From Chiloscyllium plagiosum (lineage: Eukaryota): 64,000 bases of DNA. Under the pieces are notes generated by a model. It had not been told where the DNA came from. It worked only from the letters and a program-made list of their open reading frames with translations, and searched no databases. Below are positions 13,920 through 25,000 of this stretch, one piece after another; positions within the stretch are counted from its first letter, which is position 1, and every line of letters begins with the position of its first letter. The translations under genes and the position numbers were made by a program. The stretch is taken from NCBI RefSeq assembly GCF_004010195.1, contig NC_057719.1:50076302-50140301 (forward strand), in the 5' to 3' direction.

Positions 13920-14831
13920 GGGTATTAACTTTACAAAGCATGTACTGCATAGATAATTGGCTATTCAGCCTAACTGTTCTATACCAGTAATAATGGGATG
14001 CATTAACCTTTCGGCCATCTTCATCTAAGCCTCAGCTTAGCCTACTTCCTTCTCTTCCCAATGTTTATCCCGTTTTTTCTTAAATGTATATGTGTAATTC
14101 ACTGCAACCATTTCTGTGGAAGCTACATATTTTAACTAATGCAAGTAAGAAGTTCTTTGTGAATTCATGATTGTAGCTGCTGGTGATTATCTTCTATGGC
14201 CTCTAGTTTGCCTCCGGGTGGAAATATGTTCACTATCCCTACACTAAAAACACATTTCATAACTCTAAAGATCTCTATTCGAAAATGAACCTCACACTGT
14301 TCAGTCATTTCTGATCAGTTTTGTTACCATTCTTGTAATTTTTTTAATATAACTTCCCCATTGGAGACCACAACAATGCAAAGTACTTGGTGTAACCAAG
14401 CTTCGAGGCAAATTTAATAGCTTCTCAACTGTTAAATTTAATCCCACTGGAGATGGACAGCAGCATTTAGTTTAGATGTGGAGGTGCCAGTGTTGGACAG
14501 GGACACCCCAGCACATATTTAATTTAAACATTCATAGGTTATAATCAATGCTAGAGAGAGAGACAACTCAATCTATATAATAGAATGGAGCTATGTTTAT
14601 TTTTCAGGCATCAGAGTTGATTATTTTAACAGAGAAGCATTATTTCTGGTTGGCATTGCAGAAACAGCAGTGACTACATTGGGGTAAAACCTAAACATTT
14701 GTAAATAGGACATTCCCTTATAAATTCACACCAGAAACAAAACAGTCAAAAAGATATCATCGCTGCCTAACTGATTCAAACTAACAGTTTCCTGATTAAG
14801 TATTATCTACTTGCTGTTTAACTACATTACT

Positions 14832-15043
14832 AGATTCTGGATCAGTGGTGCTGGAAGAGCACAGCAATTCAGGTAACATCCGAGGACAGGCAAAATCGAC
14901 GTTTCGGGCAAAAGCCCTTCATCAGGGCTTTTGCCCAAAACGTCGATTTTGCCTGTCCTCGGATGCTGCCTGAATTGCTGTGCTCTTCCAGCACCACTGA
15001 TCCAGAATCTGGTTTCCAGCATCTGCAGTCATTGTTTTTACCT
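14832..15043. mobile_element. Penelope-derived fold-back element with hammerhead core
   Basis: 87-bp arms 14832-14918 / 14924-15010, 5-nt loop, 33-nt one-sided tail, direct repeat CTACATTACTAGATT (14822-14836 / 15044-15058). Confidence 0.85.
14898..14925 (-). ncRNA. Minimal type-I hammerhead ribozyme motif (PLE-type)
   Basis: CUGAUGA-A-GGGC(UUUU)GCCC-GAA-ACGU-C on the minus strand. Confidence 0.65.
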
Positions 15044-15051
15044 CTACATTA

Positions 15052-15295
15052 CTAGATTACCTACCGTATGGAAACAGGCCCTTCGGCCCAACAAGCCCAA
15101 ACCAACCCATTTCCCCCTAATTCACCTAACACTATGAGCAATTTAGCATGGCCAATTCATCTATGGACTGTGGGAGGAAACCCACGCAGACATGGGGAGA
15201 ATATGCAAACGCCACACAGACAGTCGCCCAAGACTTGAATCGAACCTGAGTCATTGGCTGCGAGGAAGCAGTGTTAACCACTGATCCACCGTGCC
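15052..15295 (-). mobile_element. HE1 SINE (internally deleted)
   Basis: Reverse-complement HE1 head and tail. Confidence 0.8.
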
Positions 15296-15299
15296 TGTC

Positions 15300-15942
15300 A
15301 CACCTCAGGTCTATCGCCCCATTCTATCGCCCAGGTACCGCCTCTTTCTACCCATCTCCCAGACTCCGCCCCATTATGTCACCCAAGCCTCGCCCCATGC
15401 GATCGTCCAGACCCCGCCCCATGCGGTCGTCCAGACCCCGCCCCATCCCATCACCCATGCCCCTTTGCACCTCCCATACCCCACTCCATCGTCCAGACCC
15501 CGCCCCTTTTCTTCACCCAGACTCCGCCCCTTTTCTCCACCCAGACCCCGCCCCCTTCCATCACCCACAACTCCGTCCAATTCAATTTCCTGCACCCAAG
15601 CTCCACCCCATTCCATTCCCCAGGCTCGGTTCTCTGTCCCTTTCCATGTCCCATGGTCGACACCCAGGCTCCGCCTCCGACTCTGCGCTTTGTCGGGCTT
15701 TCTACCGACTATTGAGCCCAATTAAGTGCCCGAAGAAAGTTTCGATTTTATTTAGTTTTTAATCAAATTATTCAACGAGTTATATTTAATAGAAACAAAA
15801 AAAATAAGTAGAGGCGCATAGTGTTTGGTTGTCTAAAAGTACAATCGGGCAATCTGGAAAGGCGGGTTGCAAAGCGGATGATGTCAGTGGATGACGTGCT
15901 GGTTTCGGGGTCTTGGGAACTGTCGGTTGGAGAGTGAGCGTG
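15300..15942 (+). promoter_or_regulatory. ACTR10 CpG-rich promoter with GC-box minisatellite and CRE-like motifs
   Basis: About ten ~24-nt-period units containing CC(A/C)GAC(C/T)CCGCCCC at 15359-15680; TGATGTCA (15879) and TGACGTG (15892) just upstream of the ATG; CpG-rich against an AT-rich background. Confidence 0.7.
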
Positions 15943-16019
15943 ATGCCGCTGTTTGAAGGATTGGGCACTGGTGGCGAGAAGACGGCGGTTGTCATTGATC
16001 TGGGAGCTGCGTACACCAA
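15943..16019 (+). CDS. ACTR10: ACTR10 exon 1 (coding part)
   Basis: [26 protein letters not shown]; donor AA|GTGAGT. Confidence 0.95.
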
Positions 16020-19000
16020 GTGAGTTCGAGAAAGCAACGGGAGGTCGTAATGGTGGAATTAGATGGGTTGGGGTGGAAGGAGTTTCGTGCGGAACGTAAA
16101 TAGCCAGGCAACACTTGGGCCCTGGACCTGTATCTGTAACAAAAACAGAAATTGCTGGAAAATCTCAGTAGATCTGGCAGCATCTGAGCAGAGAAATCAG
16201 AGTTAGCTAGTTTCATCCCGAAGAACGGTCACTTGACTCGAAATGCTAACTCTGTTTTCCCTCCACAGATACTGAGCTTCTTCAGCAATTTCTGTTCTTG
16301 TTTCTGATTTACAACATCCACAGTTCTTTCGGTTAGACCTGTTTCTCTGTTGGGAAAACAGAAGTCTGTTTAATTACAATTAAAAGGCGCCTGCAAGTTC
16401 GGTGGTACACAAAACATTTGCTAAATCCGATGTGAATCTGCCTTTACCAAGGAAGTAGATATTGCTTCGGTCATAGTGTAAATAGGAGTTAGTCCAAATT
16501 GTTGAAGGGTTGATGGGGAGCTATTAAATAGGTTGCGCTTAAATTTGATGAGCTACCAGGAGTATTTGAGATATAGTATACCCAAAGATAATTAAGGAAA
16601 TTAAAGTGGCAATTAAAGAGACATTGGTTGTAAGCAGATGTTCTGCAGGGTCAATGCACCTGAAATGTTAACGCTGCTTTCTCTCAACAGATGCTGCTCG
16701 ACCCACTGAGTTTCTCTAGTAATTTTGCTTTTGTTTCATATTTCCAGCATCTGCAGTTCTTTGGGGCTTTTCTTGATCATAACCTTCATTAGACTTGCTA
16801 ATGCCAGAAGATGGTAGAATTGCAAATCTTGTACACTTGTTGAAAGATTGTATAAAGACAACTACAGCCAAGTCCGTTCCACTGTGGGAACGTTTCCAGA
16901 ACTAATAATTCAAGATAAAATTAATAGTCTTTTGGACAAATATATGCTAATTAAATAAGGCCAGTGCAAACTTGTTAAGGACACATAGTGGTTAGTTAAT
17001 TTTCTTAAGTTTTTCTTTGGTGGCTGATGCTGCTATTATGTATGTTGTTATGGACTAACGGTCTTAAGCAGGCAGTCCAGACAATAACTTTGCATTTGTA
17101 AGTATACAGTGAAAATTACCTGGAGTAAGTTAGCTAGGTTGACTACCAGGTTTTAAAACAGACAAAAAATTTACTCACAAAACCACACAATAAAACACAA
17201 AGAACAGAATAAAGAACCCTGACAGAAGTCAGTCGATCCAAACTAGATTTAATTATGCTGTTATGAATATACACAACAGTCCCAAATAAGCAAACTGCTT
17301 AAAAAGACAGTAAAAGGGAACAAATGCTTACAGGTTGAAGTTAGAAGGGCAGCAGGAGAGAGAGAGTTCTTGCAGCCTGTTCACACACAGCTGAACTTCT
17401 AACTAGTTCTGGACTGAACTGCTCAGCTAGAGAGCTGACCGCTCCCCTTTCATTATATAGGTCACTTCTAAAACATGACCACTTTGGCATGAGGTCTCAT
17501 CTGTTTACATATAAACAAAAGGCCTCTCAAAATCCTTTTTTCATCTCTGCACCAAACTAGCCCCCTCAGAGCCAGGAGAGTTTTATGACCCCTCCGAAAA
17601 AAATCAAGGACACAATATCCTTGAGAAAATGTACAGCTTTTAGGAAAAAGGGACCAGCTTTGTGACAATATGGACATGTATGCTACTCAACACTCATGTT
17701 TTATGTCTGGATGATCAACAATTTTATATGCTCGATTGATCACCTAGACATACTTGTATAATGACAAAGTTTACCTACACTGATGCAGAGAAGTGTTGAT
17801 TTTGCTCAGTTTGTGCCATTACAATTTATTTAGTTTCTGTGATCTCTTGTAGTCTCAATTTGGACAGAGTTACAAAGTGTCAAGTGATTAAAGCTTCTTA
17901 TATTCATGCTTTAATTGTTTGACACTTTTGGGTTTTAGGAATGTTTGTTTAAAATGTTTTTTTTCCCCAAAGTGGTTTTGCGCATGCTATTGTTATAATA
18001 AGGTTAATTGGTTCTGTATCATAGTGTGTACTGGATGAATGAACATAGAGGTTATCAGGACCATTGGTGATTGGAGCTAAAGGGGCCATTGGAATGGGTG
18101 GAGGTTGTGAAGAGTGAAATGGGATGACACAAATGGGCATGGGTACAACTCTTTGAAGTTATCTCTCAAAAGGTTCCTTCATCAGATTATGATTCATCTC
18201 TTCTGACGGGCTGTTATCCATGTATCTTGGAGAAGCTCACCATTCCACAAAAGTTGCAGAGTACTGGGCGATGTTCACATCTGCAATTAAACCAACCAGG
18301 TCAGGAGTGCAGGATGTAGGTTCCCATCCCTAACCACTAACCTGAGTCAGTCAGAATTAGGGATTATTGGGAATGTGGGCTTGAATCCAAAAATATTATC
18401 ATTATAAATTTGGTCCAATAACTTGGCTTGCTGGGCACAAGCAGTATTTTCTGTTTTCATCTATCTGTCACTTGTCTGTCCATCCTACTAATCTACATTG
18501 ATTTGCATTTGATTTGTATCCTCACTAATTACCACTCCCAAGTTAGCTTTCATTGGCAAGTTTTGAAATTGTTCTCCATGATCTTTTACGAACATAGGAG
18601 ACATAGTAGGTTTGCAGTTGACATCAAGATTGAAGGTGTAATGGACAGTGAAGAAGGTTATCTCAGCACAATGGGATCTTGATCAGATGGGCCAATGGGC
18701 CGAGGAGTGGCAGATGCATTTTAATATAGATATGTGTGAGTTGTTGAATTTTGGAAAGGCAAATCAGGGCAGGACTTATACATTTAATGGTAAGGTCCTG
18801 GGGAGTGATGCTGAACAAAGAGACCTTGGAGTGTAGGTTCTTAGTTTCTTGAAAGTGGAGTTGCAGGTAGATAGGATAGTGAAGAAGGCTTTTGTTATGC
18901 TTTTCTTTATTGGTCAGAACATCAAGTATAGGAGTTGGGAGCTCATGTTGCAGCTGTACAGGACATTGGTTAGTCCAGTTTTGGAATATGATGTGTAATT

Positions 19001-22000
19001 CTGGTCTCCCTCTAGGAAGGATGTTGTGAAACCTGAAAGGGTTCAGAAAAAATCTACAAGGCTGTTGCCAGAGTTGGAGGGTTTGAATTATAAGGAGAGG
19101 TTGAATAGGCTGGGGCTGTATTCCCTGGAGCGTCAGAGGCTGAGAGGTGACCTTTTATAGAGGTTTATAAAATCATGAGGGGCATGGTAGGGTAAATAAA
19201 CAAGGTCTTTTCCCTGGCGGTGGGGGTGGGGGTGGGGGGGGGGGGGGGGGGATTTAAAAGGGACCTAAGGGGAACATTTTTCACACAAAGGGTGCTGCGT
19301 GTCTGGAATGAGCTGCCAAAGGATCAGGTATGACAGAGACACTCAGCTTTCCTGATGCTCATAGTCAAATTCTGAGCTTGAGCCAAAGCAGCTGGAGACA
19401 TTTTCTACAGACATGATCCCGAAGACACATGAAGCATCCTGAAGTTCCCACAAGGTGTACGAATTGCAATTTTCAGCTAGGTCTGTATTCATTCTAAGGA
19501 TGACTACTGCAATAAGCCTATGAATGATGTATTGTATCATTTTCCAGAATTTACAAAAACATGTTACCTTCCTAATGTTTCAGATCATGGAAGTTCAGGT
19601 AGAGACAGTGTAACAAAAGCTAAAATATACATTAGATCTTAAAAAAATCAAAACAGAATATTTTAAATATTATTTAATTCTCAAACCTATTATGAAACAA
19701 ATAATATTAAACGAGTAGTTTTTCTGACTGATCCATCTGTGAATCACTTTGGGTTATGGATACAACATAAATGTACATTATAGTGTATTTCCACTCTAGC
19801 CAATTAATTTTCTGGCATGGAGAATAGCTACTGTAGAATAGTGTAGATCAGTGTCAAAGATATTACATACCTCTTTGAAGTTCAAATTAAAGCAGATATT
19901 TTTCACTACTCAAATTTTGTAGTCAGCTACCTGACAAATAATATTGATACATCACCTGCTTGGCTTTCTCTTACATTTCCTCTTGAAAATTAAGATCGTT
20001 GGATGAGAAAATAACTTTATAGTTGTTCTAACATACTCCAATTTTAGATAGTTGGAATTCTGCCTCTGTTTTGGTCTTGTGCATGTGTACCTGGAATGGG
20101 AGCAAACGTCTTGTGCTATAAATGGGGCCCTAAAATAACTGGAATCTTTATCAATAAATCAAAATTCTGTTCTGATTAGTGTTAAGTTTTCTTTCAAATT
20201 TTGTTTTAATTAGTTAGTGATGTTACCTGAATAGGATAGTACCTCTTACCTCTTAATTGATCAAATTCTTGCATGTAAAGAGAGATAAATTGTTAGAAAA
20301 ATCTAACTATCTAAACATATTTCAGCAGTATGAAAAGATAGTAATTGCCAACATTTCTTTGATTTCGTGAAATCTTTAAAATGTGAAGCATGATAAATCT
20401 TTTTTATTGCATTGTTTAAAATTGCCACTAGACATGTATTTCACCACCTCAGCTAAGTGCTTTATATTGCAACATGAGTGATGTGAATTAATTACCAACA
20501 TGAGACACAGTTTGAATTTAGTTAAAATCTGGCCTAACCTGTAACAGTGTAATATCCTGTACAAAATAGTGACTCAGTATTTCAGTGAGACACTATATTT
20601 AGTATGTGTGTGGCAAGATTGGAGCATTTCTGGTGAAACTGTCTCTTCTAGCTCAAACGTCTAGCTTTCTAAAAATATGTTTTAATTTGGCACAGGGGCT
20701 GGGTCTATGGCTTGTCAATAATCTGTTCCATTCAATGCCGTTAATGATTAATGACTTTACTCAATTCACAACCTGATGTGCGCGGTTACTCAACTTATTC
20801 CATTTAGACCTGACTATTTCTTCTTTTTTGTGTGGTGTTTTACAAAGTATTTGATACATAATAAAGTTGTGAACTATTCAAATAATCTTTTATAAGTTTT
20901 ATTTAAATGATGTGTTGGAACCAATTTACTACTGGACTGTCATGACTTCATACAAACCTTTACAGTAGCCTGTTGTTAGGCTTGAGTTAGAGAAAGCAAT
21001 GGATATAAAATATATTGAGTAAAAATAAATTAATAAATAATTTAAGCAGTAGCTGCTACAATGATAGGAGTGAGATGAGAAATGTGTTTACTGGAAAGTT
21101 GTTAGGATTTGGAATACCCTGCTTGGGATTATGGTAAGGGCAAATTCCTTCTGAAGTTTCAAAGAGTTTTGGATATATATTTGAAAGAGATAAATTTAGA
21201 GGGCTATGGAAATAGGACTGGAGAATGGGACTAGCTGGGTAGCTCTTTTGGGAGCCGGTATAGACATGCTGCATCGACTGGCCTCCTTTTTAATGTAAAA
21301 ATTCTATAATTCTATTTAAGGAACATGTTTTTACTGCTCCAATTGCTGAGTAGTTTCATTCAATGAGTAGCTGTCTATACAGACCAAAAAGATCCCTAAT
21401 TCATTCCTTGGTTTGTGCTGATTGATGGAGCAAGCAAAGAAATAAACGTAAAATTTGCTACAACAGATGTTCTGCTGAACTGAAAAAAGGACAGGAAACC
21501 AAATTACAGATTCATTTTCTATATTCATTGAACTCAAGGTTGAATCTGGAAGCCTGTAAAATTCCGAATCACAAGATGAGATACTGTGCCTCTGGCTTAT
21601 GGTGAGTCTCACTAGAGCAGTGCAGGAGGTGGAGTACAAAAATGTCAGCATGAACACAAGGTAGAGAATCAAAATGACGGGCTATTGGATGCATAGGGGT
21701 TATGCTTGCAGACTGAATAGAAGTGTTCTGCAAAGTTGCCACACCGTCTATATTTGGAAGATAATCTGTTGAATATGTACCTGATGGGGTAAATGTAGCT
21801 AAGGGCCTCTCTTTCATGCTTCTGAGGGAGAGGTCGTAAGAGCAGAAGAGTAAGAAACTGGGTGTGAATGGTCAAGGGCTCTGTTGACCACAATGAGGGG
21901 GTATCCTCTGTTGAGGGAGAAAAAGCATCTACCAGTATAGTTGTGGAAGGTAGAATCATAATTATTGAAACAACTATACTAGGAGAATAGAATCTGTATT

Positions 22001-25000
22001 TATGCTTCTTACATTAAGATTTCTGTTATCTTCTAGGTGTGGTTTTGCTGGAGAAACTGGACCAAGATGTATAATTCCTAGTGAAATTAAGAAGGCAGGT
22101 CTAGCACAGGTAAGCTTTGTTAATCTACGCTGTAAAACGTGGTTGAGGGAACTATAGAATGATGATAACACACTTGAAGGCCACTCAGCCTGTTGTCTGT
22201 GGCTTTCTGAAGGAATAATTCACTGACAGCTATTCCCAACTTCTCAGTGTAGCCCTGCACAGTCTTCCATTTCAGATAATCCAATTCCCTCTGAATGTCA
22301 AGATCAAAATAGTCTCCACCAGACTGAAGCATTCCTGAACAATTTTTTCCTTGGGCATACTCTGGTTTTCGATCCTTCTCTCTGGAACAGTTTTCCCCAT
22401 CTACTTGTCCAGGCCCCTCATTTTGAAGCATTTTGTGTACAGTGCTCCAAGATGAACTTTGAAATGCAACATGGTGTTATTTTAATACAATACTTATGTC
22501 TTAAGCCCAATGCAGAAAAGCAGTTATTTATAATGGAATTCTGACATAATTGCAAAGCTGTTTTCAATTCAAAGTGTAATCCGACTTTTCTTGGGACCAC
22601 GACTGGAATTTTTCCAGAATGTTGTCTGGTCTCATTTCATGCTTGATGCTGTAAAAACACTCTGGTATGTAGTGGCTGCGATTAAAAATGTTCGAGTGGT
22701 TTGTCAAGACTATTGGATATTTTATGAAATTTAAACAATTACTACTTTTGAGAAGCAGATTGTCCTGCTTGTGATCTTTTAAACATAAAAATGTTTTCTG
22801 CTTGGTAATCCAGTTTTCCCATTATGTTGCAATGCAGTTAGTAAGATGCCCTAAAACTTAGTATAGCTGTGACACTCTCATATGACTAATCTTAAGATTC
22901 CCAAAACTGCACAAATCTTTCACCACTTTTTAAATCTTACATAAATATTATGTTGCTCTTTGATATTTTTAATGTACTTTTTAATGTGATGAAGTTTGTT
23001 CTCAGAATGGCAGTATTATTGGAAAGGCCACAAGGCAGCAAAAGCACTTTACGCTAATTTATTTACAAGTCAGTTACATAATCCAAACTGACATTACTTG
23101 CCTGGGAACCAGGACAGGTCAGCAGCACATGGCTGATAGATAAACAGGACTTGGTGCTAGATAAGATATGGGCAGCAGAAGTTTGGATTATCTGAGTTTA
23201 CTTAGCGTCGAATGTGGGCAATCAAGCAGGATTGCAATGAAATAACAAAGTCGATAGTTGATGAAAGCATGAATACAAATTGTAATAGTAGACGAGTGGA
23301 AATGGGGTGAAGTCTGGTAAAATTATGGAGTGGAAATAGATGGTCTACTGGTGGCCTGAATATGAAGTTGAAGTTCATCTCTGGGTCAAATGCAACATCT
23401 TTGGTTGAAATTAGGCTGGTTTAATTTCAGTTGATTGCCTGGGTGAGGGATTGGTTCAGTGGCTTGGGAATAGAGTTTAGTGTTTCCGTTCAGCAGAATT
23501 GCTCAGGTTGCGAAAGTTACATTCTGTGCCCACCAAAATGTCTGAAAATTATGTAGGGTCTTTAAAACACTTAGGAAGGAACAAACAATAGTCTTCTGCA
23601 GCACATGAGTATTTGAGGACTTTCCAATCAAGTATGACAAGGGAGTAGGGCTTAAAGAACTGATCTCAGGAGAGGATGAGCAGAGGTGAGGAAATGATGA
23701 ATGAAATAAGTGACTTTTTTTGGGAAATTCATTGGACTTGAACTTCAGGGGAGGAGTTACTATACAATAGAAAAATTAATTGGAATTGTAGAGGATCTAT
23801 AACTATTTGATGGGAAAAATTGGCAACCAATGGATAGGTTGGAATGGAAATACAAGTGGCTTTTGTGAAGTGATGATGGAGTGGTTTGTACGATGGGGAG
23901 ATAGGAGAGAAGGGTTCAATTTGCATATTGGAAAGCAGGAATATAGGAACTTCAACCTCCCTCTTTTTGGGGAATGCAAGAGGATTTTGAGGGATAAATC
24001 CTCCTGCTAGAAGGTTGTGGACTGGTAAATTTGTTTATTGTAGGGAAGGGAGATTGAATAATGTTTTCCAGATTTTTTGACATTGACTAGATGTATATTG
24101 TGATGCTACTTATCTTTAGTTGTGCTGTAGCCATGGATTTTTCTGCTTTCTTGCCAGCTTTGATTAAAGTTTGATCTTTCAACTTTGTCAGAATTATTTG
24201 AATACTTGCGATATGGAAGCCATATTGCTTAATATGGATAACAATGTGCTGATAGTGCCTAGGGTTCGATGCAACCTTAAACTGTTTTTCATAAATTCTA
24301 GCTAAATTACAATTGTTGTAGTTTTTACTCATGACTAACAGTGAGTCAAATAGGAATGCTTTTCAGCTATAAAAGTAACAATAATATACAAGAATTGTTT
24401 GGGAAATTGCTTCTGCATAGTTATACTAATTCTATCAGTGTCCATCGCTGTAGATATTCAGGGAGCGATTTGTAAATTGTAAACTTCCAAATTCACATTT
24501 TTAAAGGTTGGTAATGTTTTTGCTTGTTTTTCAGGCTTCCAAAGTAGTTCAGTTTAACATCAATACTGAAGAGCTTTATGGTTATTTGAAGGAGTTCATT
24601 CACATGCTTTATTTCCGGTATTGTAAATTTAAAGATTAATTTACAAATACTGTAATTTGATATTTTAATAATACAGCAAACGTTTTATTTACTGGCACCT
24701 AAGGGACCAGGAGTGTGCTGGCTGATCAAATATTCCAGTTGGTCAAGAGGTCCACTTAATCAATGTAAAAATACACACTAAGTAATAGAAACATAATGCA
24801 GCAAGTACACACATCACTGTTGTACTTACAGCATAAATCACTTAGCAATGCAACTTTGCCTTGAATAAAACTTACTGGCAGAGAAGCTTCTCACTCGCAC
24901 CCTCAATTGACTACTCAGACATCACGGAGATCGTGATAATACAGTAAACCTGTGGTATTTCAGTTGTATTATTTTTGCCAGTTTATCGACAGTGCCTGTT

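Noticed and set aside
15271..15762. Four overlapping Pro/Gly-rich ORFs
   Set aside because: Products of the C-rich promoter minisatellite, open in several frames on both strands
19218..19251. Long G run inside CR1 (G-quadruplex candidate)
   Set aside because: Homopolymer expansion or sequencing artefact replacing part of the LINE; no support for function
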